DNA of 64,000 bases from Takakia lepidozioides (Eukaryota; Plantae; Bryophyta): positions 48,794,001 to 48,858,000 of the forward strand of contig CM060733.1 in assembly GCA_030704615.1 (NCBI GenBank), given 5' to 3'. Below, in pieces: positions 12,471 through 26,300 of this stretch (within the stretch, counting starts at the first letter, position 1; each line of letters opens with the position of its first letter). The notes beneath the pieces are model-generated. The model did no database searches, was not told where the DNA came from, and saw only the letters and a list, made by a program, of their open reading frames with translations. A program made the position numbers and the translations under genes.

Positions 12471-15400
12471 TTACTGATGAAGGAGAAGCAGGCCAGCTTC
12501 CAGATCTTGTAGGGTGATTGTGACAAGCACCACAGGGTCACAACATTCCAAGTCAAGCCGTTCATCCAGGTGCTCACGTGCATTAATGAGTAATGGCCAC
12601 ACTAGACCCCCATTCAGTTGACATCGCTGTTTTGCTGTTGTTTTGCTCTCCAAAAGCTGTGCTATGGAATCCACAGTGCATGTGTCAGCCAGTTTGAAGC
12701 CATATATCAGACTGTCCTCACTGGACGACTCCAATTTCAAATGAACAATCTCTGCAAGTTCAGTTGAGCTGAAATCCTCAAAGTTAAGGAATCGAGTCAC
12801 TCGTCGGTTAAAGCCTTCGTTGCAGCCAAAAACACGCTGCATGGGTTCAGCATAGCCAGCAAAGATGACCACCAGTTTGCCGCTGTCCATTACAGACATG
12901 ATTTCTTCCAGGGCCTCCAAGCCATAGTCTTTGTCCTTAACAGATTGCACAGGCATGAGCCTGTATGCCTCATCTACAAAAAGGATTCCACCTTCTGCCT
13001 CTTTGATCTGCACCACACCATGTTTATTTCATGAGCAGCCAACATTTGGCAATAACAATGACAGACCAGAAACAGCCCACAGAAGCTCAAGCACAAGTGC
13101 ACAAGCAGGGGTGAACTAGGGGCTCCGGGCTTAGCTAAGCTAGTTATTGAGAATTCAAACATGCCAGGTAGCACACACCTTCATCCTCGTCTTGGGTCCA
13201 GTATGGCCCACAAACTCCCCCACCAAGTCAGTTCGTTGCACTTCAACCACTTTGTCCACCGCTAACAACCCCACCATGTGCAGCAACTTTGCCAAAATTC
13301 GAGCTACCATTGTCTTCCCTACATTTAGTCATAAACGTTGATTCGAAAACAGGAGGTGAGGTGGTTCATACTTTTGGTTCACCAAGACAACGTTGCCAGC
13401 TTTGAATAGAGAACAACAGCTGAGGCTTACAGCTGCAAACAGGAGGAGACTACAGACCATTGTGTCAAGCAGGGAAGTTGAAAATTGTGGGCGTGTACAT
13501 AATAAGAAAGAGGTATACATTTTGGAAATGCTGTGAACACTGGGGTCACATAGTCAATTTTATAGCTAATCTAGTTTCAGGCTTGAGGTGCTGGAATTCA
13601 CATCATACAGGAAAGCACGATGTTTGTTCCAAAACTACTGTATCCCACTACCATCTGTGATGCAGATGTAATACCTGTGGCTGAGGTTGTATACAAATTA
13701 TTGTTGTGTGTGATACACAATAAAAAATGTCCTTCAATCACCTGCTTTGAAGGTTTGTATTAGACGCAACCTGCAGTTTAGGCTTTCATGGTGTAGACTG
13801 TGATCAAAAGGTACGTCATGGGACAAAAGATACCATTGTAGCATTGAGATATACCAGTTCCTGGATTTCCAAGGAAGGCCATGTGTGGTGGTCGGTGGGC
13901 AGGTACATGGAGGCCAAGCGCACGACGTTTCTCATCCAGCAGGGTTCCCTTGGCCCATCGTCGCAGCTGCATCTTGAGCTGCTCAAGCCCCACAATTGGC
14001 TGCAGTGCAGCTTCTAGTGCGGCAAGCATGCTGTGTCCCTTGCGGTTGTGCTGATCATCCAGCTGCTTTTGCAACAAACTCCGAAGCTTCTCATTGCTGG
14101 GAGTCCTTGGCAGATGACTCAATGGTGTCATGGACTCCTGCACTCACCAGTTACCACATTTCAGCACACATTAAAAACCAGAAAGCCTAAATTGTATGGC
14201 ATCTGGAATGGACGAAAGTGAAATTGGATCCCTCTGTGAGAAAAACAAGAAATGCAGGACCAGCCTACATTATCCTTGGCGCTGACATCAGCATCATACT
14301 GTAGGAGAACCTCCACTGTTGTCGAAGTCTCTGCTCGCACTGCGAACCACACCGCCAAGTGCAAGGGTGTCATGCCATTCTGCCATTGATCAGCACACTC
14401 ACTGATCAAAGAAAGCACAAGTGCAACTAGTGTAACATCCGGTCTATCAATCACAGTACTCCCTGCAACCCAGAACAGGACAAAAATACACTAATTACAA
14501 CCGGCAACCTTGAGTCCAACAGAAAGACAACCATGAGATAGGATGGAAAGAATCACATTGGCTCTTGCTTCTTTACACGCATTGTGCTTCAGTAGTAACT
14601 TAACCACCTCAGTGCAGCCATTCTTGGAGGCTAGGTGCAAGGGCGTCTCCCCGTACTGAACAGTCATATCATGCATCACCCAAGAGGCCACAAAACCATT
14701 ATTGTTCCTGTGATAGACTGACACTGATGACGTGGACACAGTCATCACTTTTCTGGCAATCAAGTGATTGATAGAACCTGCAGTCTTCCAGCAAGAATGA
14801 CAGATGACAGCCTCAAAACTAAGCCATTATACAATTTGCATTACCATATTCTTTGCCTCCAACTCAGGCTGCTCTGCACCTTGCCACTCCAAGAGGAACT
14901 TAGCAGCCTCAACTTGATTGCTTGCAGCTGCCATATGAAGGGGAGTCTGTGACATCTGCCAGCACCGAACTTCAGATCAAGCCACTCACCAGAAACCTGC
15001 TCTGACGGCAAGTTTGTGGGAGGTCCAAGCAACATAAGCGACCCCATTGACAAACACATACTCTTCCTGATGTTATTATTTGAGCTCAAGCCAACTGAAG
15101 GTACAACTGTGCCACCATAAGATGACCTTTATACACAACTTTTTAATCCCAAGAGTGCCTTACCCAGTCATAAACTTTTTTCAGATATACTTCATATTGT
15201 GAAAGCCAGTCCTACAATGTCCGTAGTCTTGACAATGATAGGTAGTACAATTAACAGTCCAATAATTCCAGTGCCTTTCTAAATTTACAAGAAGATTTTG
15301 AACCTTCATCTGTGTCAATGTCCTACAGTACACAGTGTTTTCTTTTGAGAACTCATAGTCGTCTACCACAAAATTCAGCAACTGCAGCTAAGTAAGGCTT

Positions 15401-15779
15401 TACAAATCTTAAGTTGACAATAACGAAAGGCACATTTCCTGCAGCATGGCTACTAGGAAGCTGTCACTTGCTTTGCTGGTTGATTGAATGAAGAGCATTG
15501 TAGTACAGTATTATTTTCATCTCTGTTCCTCTAAAGCAGCAGTCACACTCCGGACTCTATGATGCCTCGATGCAAAGGGGTACAACCGATTCTACAACAC
15601 CACTTCATTTTAGAGTGCGGCAACCTTACAATGGGATTTCGAGTGTTGACAAGCCCTGCATTTTCTTGCAGCTTGCTCTGGAGTGATCTCAAGTCACCCG
15701 TCTGAACAAGGTCGTGAACCGTAGCAGGCTTCTTCACTCGCCGGCGCTCACTCAATACAGGCGGCTGCTGATTGTGCAT
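12471..15779 (-). CDS. Ankyrin-repeat plus CbxX/CfxQ-type AAA ATPase (multi-exon)
   Basis: Ankyrin TPLH exons (14845-14955 MSQTPLHMAA; YGETPLHLAS; NGMTPLHLAV), Walker A FLGNPGTG split by an intron, Walker B ILFVDEAY, VIFAGY; stop at 12471. Confidence 0.92.
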
Positions 15780-17467
15780 CCTGGCTGCTACTCCACCCAA
15801 GCAAAAGGCATTCTCAGGGGTTAACAACGCCAAGTTTTTTCCGCGTTCACACTGACTCTGGATCTATCTATTGCGAAACATCAAATCACTGCACCCTAGC
15901 ACAGGAAATGAAAGAACCTGTCAACCAGAACTAACTCAGCAATGCATATGGGACAAACATTCTTAAGAGAGAATCTCTTCCGGCATTGGAACTCGATGCA
16001 CAGCTGGACTGCAATTATGCCAATTTCCACGAAAAATTCCCCTGACGAAGCTTCCTGCAACCGACACAGTCGTGCAGAACTGAAATTGGGCAGCCATGGC
16101 GTCCTCGCAAGCATTTCCCACACTGCAATTTCCCAACGCACTTTCTTGTCTCTCTCACGCGCTGCCAGCCCACGAAGATGACCCTATATCGACGCGGGTC
16201 CCTAGGTGGCCACGTGGCTACCTACGCTGCACCCTTTCTGGCGCGTACAACTGTAAGTACTCCTCTAATAATGCGTTTTTTTTTCGCCAGATTTCGACCT
16301 CAAAAATAAAAGTAGAATATTCTGTCGTAAATTCCCTGTTTTTTCACGGGTACGGGTTCTAACTTCACTGATAACGGTGTGTGTGCCTTATGGCGAAAAT
16401 AGGGGTTTTAATTTTTTCCCTGAATAATCCCAAATAAATTGTAATGGCCTTTCGGCCAACCAAAAATATAATAAAATAATCAAGGCTACAATCCCTTTAA
16501 AAACAAATAATAATCGCCAAATTTCTCCAAATAAAAAATAAATTATGGATGAATTCGCCAAATATGGTTGATATAAATGGATTGAAGTACATGAATGGAT
16601 GAAATTAAGTGGATGAACAGAATGTACCGCTATTTTTTGCAAAACTCTGTAGCCACTCGTGCTGTTTTCCAATTTCTTGAAAAAAAACACTGCAGTCCTC
16701 TTCTACCCTATTTTATTTTGTTTTATTTTATTTTATTTTATTCTATTCTATTTTTTAATGAACAGGGGGTTTTATTTTATTTTTAAAGAACAGGGGACAG
16801 TGGCCCTGGAAATTTATTAATGGATATTTATTTTGTTGACCCACTGCCCACCAGTGACTAGGCAGTTACCAGTTACCTTGCAGTTATAATGGAACATATT
16901 CTATGTCATGTTTATCCAGATCCAAACAAAATCGTGGAGTCCATGTGAAAATAAACTTACCCAGCAACTGGATTGGTAAATTTCTCTCGTATTTTGTACA
17001 TCTGAAATATATATATATATATATTAAAAATATTTTCATTGTCGATTATTGTCTAGTATGGATGGAGTATATATACGATTAACCAGCCTAAGTTGAATAT
17101 CATATTTGATTTCCCTTGAAGGAAAAGTCAACAAGCAATATTTTAATAAGGTTCTTCACGAAAGTTCAATCTTCAACTGATAGCTGATTGCTGCTGAGTC
17201 TGGGAATAATTGAGGGCCTAGAACTGCGGCTGCCGCCTATGGAATATGTAGATCTGTTGTGAAAGAAAGCAAAGTTATCCGAAGTTTAAGTTTAGTTGCA
17301 CAAAAACACGCCTTCAATACATATGGGAAGACAATAGGAATAATTAAGAACTTAATGGACGCGTGTGATCTCACAATAATTTCGCGGGATTCGGGCAACC
17401 TGGGCTCCTCCGGCGGGGCCCCTGTCAAATCCTCCCCACCCCATATTACCTCGGTTTCACTATTAAA

Positions 17468-17610
17468 TTCTAGCGACGACCGAAGGTCGAAAGCTAGTTT
17501 AGCGTAGAGCAGGAATAGGGTGCCATAGTGCCACATCATCGTCGCCACATCATCGTAGACACGTCATTGTCGTTGTCAGTTTCTTTCGAAGCTGCCCGAA
17601 ATGCCCGAAA
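17468..17610 (+). mobile_element. 5' terminus of Helitron-like element (copy B), followed by PPR fragments
   Basis: TTCTAGCGACGACCGAAGGTCG.. is the reverse complement of 47350-47509; preceded by A; internal hairpin CGACC GAA GGTCG. The 3' end was not located. Confidence 0.55.
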
Positions 17611-17669
17611 AGCAGTGCGGGGATGGAAGGGATGCCCCCGCGTGCTCGAGCGCAGAGGGGTTTCACGCA

Positions 17670-20600
17670 ATGTGGTGAGGGCACCTTCTTCTTCTTCAGC
17701 CTGTTTTGCCTCTCATCAGACTCGGCCCTGAGGTCCTATTATCAGAGTCGTCCCTAAATTTTCATGTTGATTCTGCAAGTTAGCTCGTTGGTGGATCCCT
17801 GGTGGTTTTGGAGTGATTTTGACATGTTATTGCCAATGTGGCAACAGGAAAGAATCGAAAAACACATAACAGATAACAGAGATGAGGAGAAGCTCTGGAA
17901 TGCTCACCTCAATGATGACTGCAGCTTCTGAAAGAGGATCAAGAGAGGGAGTCCACAATGCCTCTTCTGGCACTTCTGCGATGTGAAGATGCTTTGTGAG
18001 GCAAGCAGACTGACATAGGCTCTACAGACTTTAAACCAATGAGGCATTTCAGCAGATTCAGATACCTATGTCTGTTTCTTGCTTAAGTGCATTAAGATGA
18101 AAGGTCTGTAAGCTGGAAAGCAGGTGCACACGCACATTATCCAAAGTGGATTATGTTTTTATACTCAACACCCTTGTCAACATCTATGTTAAGAGCGGGA
18201 GCATCATGGATGCTCACCAAGTGTTCAACAGAATGCCTCAATGATCTTTGATCACGTGGAATATAATGTTGGCAGGATTTGCCAAGCATGGGTGTGGTAG
18301 GAATGCTTTGGAGACCTATGAGCAAATTCTGCGCGAAGGGGTGAAGCCCAACCACATCACATTTGTTTGTGTTTGCAATGCGTGTGCAAGCCTAGGAGCT
18401 CTTGAAAAAGGGAAAGAGGTCCATGGTGACATTGTCAAAGCTGGAATTGTACCATATGTCATTCATATGTCACTCACGATGGTGGGACAACCGCAATCGC
18501 AAGGTGTGGCTTTTTCTTAATGTATGATGTGAAGAAGTTTGTCCATCTTGCACATGTGGGCTCTTGGATCCTGTTAGTACCATGATTTGATATTCTTCCT
18601 AATTATGTTTACAAGGTTCTTGGGAGAGTCAGCTCGGTCTTAGCAGGCCGTGTTTCAATCTATGCTTGCTCAGCTGCACCGTGGTGGTTCTCACAGACCA
18701 ATCCGACATTACCTGACTACATACACAAGCAGCACACACAAGGGGTCATTTTGGGTTGATGGTCAGATCCTCCATGGGTCAGGCCACAAGGTCAAGGACA
18801 ATGTGGTGAGGGCACCTTCTTCTTCGACCTATTTCAGCCTATTTTTCCCTCTCATCAGACTCGGCCCTGAGATGCATATTGAATTCTGTAAATTAGGTTG
18901 TTGGGTAGATGGTCAACTGGAAACAGCAGTGGCAGCCGCACAAATGATAGAACAAGGCACTGCTAATGAAGGTACATTCTTCAACACGTTTCACCCTGTT
19001 TTTCCCTCTTGTCAGAATCGGCCCTAAATTTCCATGCAAGTTAGCTGATTGAGTGAATCTGGTTTGGATTGACTTTGACATGATACTGCCAATGTGATAA
19101 CAAGAAAGTATCCAAAAACAGGTAACAGAGATGAGGAGAAGGTGTGGAATGAATACTTTGTTGACCCCAGTCAATGGTGGGACAACCGAGGCAAAAAGTT
19201 GAATCCCTGTTAGATGACAGAGAGTAGTAGACGCAATTCAACATATGAACTAGTGTGATTGGGTGTTTCCTAGGTTGTCATTGTCAGCTGCTAGCAGCAA
19301 GGGCAAAGATGAATGCATGATTTGTGCAGAGGCATGGATAGCTGCAGGAGAAGGGATAGAGTGTGGGTCCAGATTCATCCAAGAGGGCCAGATTTCAAGC
19401 ACTAAGATTACGTATGATTCCCTGTGGATCAGTAGCTACAAGAAACCTGCATGCGTAGATGGTCAACTAAAGGCAGCAGCTGCAGTGGCACAGTTGATAA
19501 AATCAGGCACCTCAACCATGACCACAACTTCTGGAAGAGGATCAAGAGAGGGAGTCCACAATGCATCTTCTGGTCATGTGAAGATGCTTTGTGAGGCAGA
19601 CATACCAAAAGAGGCTCTACAGACTTTAAACCAATGAGACATTTCAGCAGATTCAGATACGTATGTCTGTCGCTTGCATAAGTGCATCAGATGAAAGGCC
19701 TTGAAGCTGGAAAGCAGGTACACACTCACATTATCCAAAGTGGAATCACGCCAGATGTTTTTCTACTCAACACCTTTGTCAACATTTATGTTAAGTGCTG
19801 GAGCATCATGGATGCTCACCAAGTGTTCAACAGAATGCCTCAATGATCTTTGAACATGTGGAATATAATGTTGGCAGGATTTAGCAAGCATGGGTGGTCA
19901 AATCCTCCATGGGTCGTGCCACAAGGTCAAATCCTCCAATGTGGTGAGGGGCACCTTCTTCTTCGACCTATTTCAACATGTTTTTCCCTCTCATCAGACT
20001 CGGCCCTAAGATGCATACTGAATTGTCAAGGACAATGTGGTGAGGGCACCTTGATGTGGTGAGCAAATGATGCACGAAGGGGTGAAGCCCAACTACATCA
20101 CGTTCATTTGTGTTTGCGATGCGTGTGCAAGCCTGGGAGCCCTGGAAAATGGGAAAGAGGTCCATGATGACATCGTCAAAGCTGGAATTGTACCAGATGT
20201 CATTGTGAACACTACCCTGGTGGACATGTATGCCAATGTGGGTGTATTAAGGATGCGAAGGGAGTTTTCAACACTATGGCTGAACGAGATGTGGTGTAAT
20301 GGAACACGATGTTTGCAGGGTATCCACAGCAGGGACGTGGTAGGGAGGCTTTGGAGACCTGTGATCAAATGATGGGGGAAGGGGTGAAGCCCGACCAGAT
20401 CACATTTCTGTGCATTTGCAATGCGTGTGCAAGCCTGGCAGCTGTGGAAAAGGGCTAAGAGGTCCATGGCGACATGGTCAGAGTTGCAGTTGTACCAAAT
20501 GTCATTATGAACAATACCCTCGTAGACATATATGAAGGGAGTGTTCAACAGTATGGCTGAACGAGATGTGGTGTCGTGGAGTACGATGATTGCAGGATAT

Positions 20601-21400
20601 GCACAGCAAGGGCGCGGGATGGAGGCTTTGGAGACCTATGAGCAAATGATGTGCGGAGGGGGTGAAGCCCAACCACATACATTTGTTTGCTTTTGCAATG
20701 CGTGTGCAAGCCTGGCAGCCCTAGAAAAGTGCCAAGAGGTCCATGGTGACATTATCAAATCTGGAATTGTACCCGATGTCATTCTGAACATTGCCCTGGT
20801 GGACATGTATGTCAAATGTGGGTGCATTGAGGATGCAAATGGAGTGTTTGACAATATGGCTGAACGTGATGTGGTGTCGTCGAGTGTGATGATTGTAGGG
20901 GTATGCACAGCAGGGCGTGGGATGGAGGCTTTGGAGACCTATGAGCAAATGATGGGGGAAGGGATGAAGCCCAACCACATCACGTTTGTGTGTGTTTGCA
21001 GTGCGTGTGCAAGCCTGGCAGCCCTGGAAAAGGGCAAAGAGGTGCATGGTTGCATCGCCAAAGCTGGAATTGTACCAGATGTGATTCTGAACAATACCCT
21101 CGTGGACATGTATGTCAAATGTGGGAGCATTGAGGATGCGGAGGGAGTGTTCAACAGTATGGCCGAACGAGATTTGGTGTCATGGAACGCCATGCTTGCA
21201 GCACAACAAGGGCGCGAGATGGAGGCCTTAGAGACCTGTGAGCAAATGATGGGGGAACGGGTGAAGTGCAACCACATCACGTTTCTGTGCGTTTGCAATG
21301 CTTGTACAAGCCTGGCAGCCCTGGAAAAGGGCAAAGCGTGCATGGTGACATCATCAAAGCTGGAATTGTACCAAATGTCATTCTGGACACTGCCCTGGTG
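17670..21400 (+). pseudogene. Mosaic of PLS-class PPR pseudogene fragments with repeated N-terminal segment and OSB-type PDF motif
   Basis: P/L/S repeats (DVVSWSTMIAGYAQQG, KPNHITFVCVCSACASLAALEKGKEVH, NTLVDMYVKCGSIEDA) with many stops and frameshifts; WNEYFVDPSQWWDNRGKKLNP..PDFKH at 19144-19400. Confidence 0.88.
19208..19377. mobile_element. 170-bp TG...CA insertion (solo-LTR-like) splitting the PDF motif
   Basis: Removing it (plus one TSD-like copy) joins KLNP to RGPDFKH; ends TGTTAG..ATTCA; flanks tccc/tcca (imperfect). Confidence 0.55.
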
Positions 21401-22310
21401 AAACGAAACACATAGCAATGAACACCTTGAACATCACATCTAGCACATATAGTTTGTCATTTGAATACCAAGTTGTACGCTAGTCCCAAAGACTAGTTAC
21501 CCATGATCATAGATACAACATCGGATGATTTCGCAAACATCAAACATCAAACATAAAATGAACAAATCATCAATCGATTAACGATTAACGATCTGAAGGA
21601 ATACTTCCCTGATTTTGGATTAACGATTAACGATGAAGATTTGCGATTTAACGATAAGCGATTAGATCGTGGTTATTAGCTTAGATCGTGGTTGGAAGGA
21701 AAACATGAAGTCCAAATTCCAACATGTGTGTGGACATCCAGTGCTGCACTGAGCTCGAGAAACCTCGAGCAAGAGTTCTTTCTACCAACTATGCTCAAAA
21801 CCTCGGTTTAAGCCTTACAATACTTATAACTACTTATGAACATTAGCTAACTTCCACTTTGTATGACTTCATGTTGAACTATTATTTGAAACATAGCTCC
21901 CTATAATACACATATACTATCATACACATCAGAGGATGACTGCTTAATTTCATCACCATTGGGGTTGAAAGAACTACTTCGTCCTTCATTCTAGAATCAA
22001 GAAGGGCCCAAAACTCGATTGGTAATATAGGATCAGGCCTGGGGCAGTGTCCCATTTTTCATCCTCATGGTTGTTTCTCCGAGGTTATTTTTTCCTCGCT
22101 ATTTTTAATAAATTTTCAGGACGCCGTCCCCTGTTTCAAAAAGAAAAAAAAAGAAAAAGTCCAAGCATATTTTCTTGTCTTAAGCCCGACCCTAGATGGG
22201 AACCATGTTTCCGAAGCAACCTTATTGGTGCCGAACCTAACAACTCCTCTGAACATGTAGGTTTGATTATGTTCCCATATGTTACCATTATGTTCCCATG
22301 TACTAAAGAC

Positions 22311-23099
22311 CAATGTTGGCCGGGTATGGCATCTGGACATGCATACCCGACGGTTATTTGCCGGTTATGCACATATGCATACCCGGAAAGTGCGCCCCAG
22401 GAGGAACCGGCTATGGAAGGGAACCGGCAAAAGCCATCGAGCTTCCTAACCGGCTAGAGAACCAGCATCGGGATTGTAAGGGTGTTATACCCGGAGCAGG
22501 ATCCGGAGCAAATGTGCATGGGAGCAAATGTGCATGGCGTAGAGGCGGTTCTAGATAATATAGGTATAGGGGCTGGTGATGGCAGTTAAGATTATTGCAT
22601 ATGGACATATCCTAATTATGTCTTACTAGTAACAATAGGTTTACAATGGTTGGGGAGATTAGGTGCACATGCCCAAGTAAATAGGAAATTATTTAGTTGA
22701 GCATTTGGCTAATGGTTATAAACTTAGAGTATTACAGGGGCGGCCTGAAGGCAGAGAGATAGATGCGAGACCCACAGGCCAATACATGAGTGGCTTACCA
22801 CCATGCCACAGCCCTCCCTCTTGTGTAGTTTTACACATACACAAAAATGCTAGAAAAAAGTAAAAATATAAAAATGGATGAATCCCATAACCGGTACCAT
22901 GGAACCTGCAATTTTTAAGATGGCATAACCGGTAGATTGAGAACCGGACAAAAAAAAATTCATGTGTTTAATTAGAACCTGTAACCGAGATGTTTTTCAA
23001 ACCTATTGTTATACCCTGCCCCGGCCATCCACTTTTTTCAAGGATTAGGCCATATCCGGGACCGAAGAGGGCTCAAAACATGGTACCCGGTCAACACTG
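22311..23099. mobile_element. Non-autonomous hAT element (MITE)
   Basis: TIRs CAATGTTGGCCGGGTA / TACCCGGTCAACACTG; 8-bp TSD CTAAAGAC at 22303-22310 and 23100-23107. Confidence 0.9.
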
Positions 23100-23395
23100 C
23101 TAAAGACCGTTTGGCTGCTCACATTCCCCCTACACACAAGAATAACGCTTTCCAAGGCCACTGTCCCCTGTTCTCTGGAAAAAAAAGAAAAAGAAAAACG
23201 CTTACTAGTAAGTTACTAGTAGAAGGAGTCTTACTAGTAAGTTAGCACTGCTGGGATGTGATCTGTGAGAGAGAGAGAGGGAGAGAAAATTGGTGGCAGA
23301 GAGAGGAGGACAGGCTCTCTTGTTCAGAGCTCTAATTCCTTGTTAGGGAGTTGCAAATCAGGTGGGAGAGGAGGGAGAGAGGTGAGAGAAGCAGG

Positions 23396-26300
23396 ATGTT
23401 CAAGAAGGCCAGTGAAGTGAAGGCATTGCAGCGCCTCTCAGGGGCCGATCGAAAGAAGCTGCGGCGCAGCGTCCGTGAAAAGTTTGTTCATGCTGCCGAA
23501 GCCGATTTGGACGTCCTTCTGCCTCCCAAGGTTTCTTCTTCATCTGTCGCTCTGCCCACTTGTGCTGTTCTGTTGTTATATAGATGTATGAAATATATAA
23601 ATGCGGCAAGATCGAAGACTAGATTGTTATCGTGATCTACCTACCTTCAGTCCTGTGAAATATGCTGCACTTTGCTGATTGTGAGGAAAGAAATTTACTG
23701 ACTGATTGACCATCACTTCTAAACGTTGGGTGTGACATGCTCTTGAGGGCATATTTACTAACCCCGTCTTGTGGACCCATGAACTTAAAGTCCCCAATTC
23801 CAGTTTCATCCGGTGACAATTCGGTTACAGGGGGACTGAGTGGTAGCTTATAAACGCAGGCATTGACATCAGCCTAGAAAGCAAAAGGACATGGGTGCAA
23901 TCGAACTGTGCGTTCCCATATGAGCTGTTATTTGAGGGGCCGTGTGCTCATGTAGGAGTATGACAGAGACAACTGGTGTTCATTAACCACAGCAACTTGT
24001 TAAGGGGTTATGTTGTTAAGTGGTTATGTTGGTCCATGTTGAACTGTTGGGGAACGAGACATGACATGGCGAAGAGGAAGCACATTGACCTAGCAGACCT
24101 CAATTTGGAGAATGCTGACTATTCACAATGATTTGAATATCAAATTTCGACTACAGTCATCTGTCCTCTATATGTATAGGTGGGTTTTGTCTCATATACC
24201 TGTGGGGATTTATAATTTGGGTCTGTGAAGGCAGAGGTGTCAGTAGCCAGGCTGGTCAACCGTGCCCTTGTGTACGCTGTTGAGGGAGGGCCCCCACTGC
24301 TGTTTGATGTTGATGGCCGCGGCCATGATATATTTCCTACAGGTACTGAACTTAATCCCTCTTTCTCAGTTAGTCTGGGTGGCAGTAGAAGTAGTTTTGT
24401 TGAGAAGCAATGGCCTTGAAAATTACTGAAATGTCCACCAATGGACTACAGTTGGCCAGCAATGTGCTTTTAACTTGAGGCTCCTCTCCAGAAATCGAAA
24501 TCAGTACTGAATTTGAAAGAAAAAGTGTAACCAGCTGTGCTGGAGGGGAGGAGTTGATGATTGCAGTAGCTGTACTGCTATCCTCTAAATGTTTTTTGCA
24601 CTGTTACGGTGATCACTCTCATACACCTTCAGGGAAACCTCTGTACATATGCATGGATTGTGTGAAGGACAGTGTATGGACTTTGGAAGGTGCCAAACCT
24701 CCTGCCTGCCTTCATGCTGAAGGGGGGAGAGGTGTCACGCTATGTCCTGGGTGGTGCGGATCTTATGTTCCCCGGCATTGACGTGCCTGGTGATGGTCTC
24801 CCTACATTTGCGGCTGGTGAACCCTGGGCAGTTGTTGTACCTGGGAACCCATTTCCCATTGCTGTGAGTTTCTTGTTGACGCCCGTCTATGTTGTATTCT
24901 TAGGAGATTGATTGGAGGCATTTGAAATTAAAACTGAAGCTCATACTTTGAAACTGAATGCTGATTTAGAGCTGTACGGGTCAATAAGATCTTAATGCCA
25001 GGAGAACTCAAATCAGGGTTGGTTTTAATTTATGGGAGACTGGAGCAGTCCTGCTGAACCAGTCTTCCAGAGTTGCAGTCTGTAATCTAAGAGTAATCCC
25101 ACTGAGGGGTTGCTCTGAAAGAGCTCTGAGTACTATAGAACATGACCTGGTCTTCTACATCTTGGTAATGGAATTCAAATAACAACGTAAATTGAAGAAG
25201 CCCAGAAAGCAGCTTAAACCCTAAACCCTAGCACCTCAGAAGCGGTCCCTAGGTTGATTGACGCTCCCTTGTTTGGAGATTGGCGCCATTAACTGCGTAG
25301 TAAAGTTGGAGTCTTTGTCTGAAGGGTGTGCTTCACAATAATGCAACTAGCCCCATGTGATCCAAGAGTGATAGGGCCCCTAGCAGATAATCCCTCCCTC
25401 TTTTTGCCTATTGCTGCTGGTTCTATATGACTACTCTTCTGGAGAATGTTTTGCAACTATTAGCTCAATAGTCGAAACAAATAATTACATTGTTCTGTAT
25501 TCTGACAGAAGTCGTTGGGATCTTGCGCAGGTTGGGACAACATTACTGAGTAGCTCTGAAGCAACAAAAGCCCACCTTCGTGGGAAAGCGTTGCGTGTGA
25601 TGCACTACTATCGTGACACCCTCTGGTTTTTCCCTTGTTCTGTGCTTCCTTCATTTCTGTTTGGGATTCCTGTGCATGTTATGCAGTTTCCTTCTTGCAC
25701 TCAGATAAATAAACAACAACATTCACCTCATTTATTTGGATTCCAAGAGTCTACTAGACAGATCTTTCAGCATGCCAGTGGTGGACCGAGTCTTCGCCCC
25801 GTGACCAGTACACTATCTAGAGACCATATCAATGCCATATGATTAGTTTAGTGGCAATGCCCCAGACACGTCGATCAACTCAGAATTGTTTCATTTGCTT
25901 GGCAGGGAGACAGCAGAAGGGCGATATGTGCCCAACGCAGGCTTCATGGAGGATATAGTCGTTGAGGATCCGGCCCTCATGGGAGCACTGCAAAATCCAC
26001 CAGTCCCAACCCTTCCTGGTGCTCAGGGAGAGGAACCAGGCATTCTTCATGAGTCACATGGCAACGGTGTGGATGAGCAAGAGGAGGAGATTGAGGGTCA
26101 GGAGGCAGGCGCACCTGAGTCCGGTGTGGACTGCAAGCTGAACCTGGCTTTTGTAGTCAAAGTAATCTTGGTCTTCTGACTGTTATGGCACTCTTCACTG
26201 GGGTATTTGGCAGATCAGGTAAGTGTATGGTTGAATGAAGAACCATGCATGGGAATGTTGACGTTGTAGTTAAACCCCGACGTGAGACCTTTGCCCTACT

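Noticed and set aside
21399-22030. Solo LTR interrupting the PPR array (CGATTAA repeats)
   Set aside because: Starts with TG but no matching end or TSD could be found.
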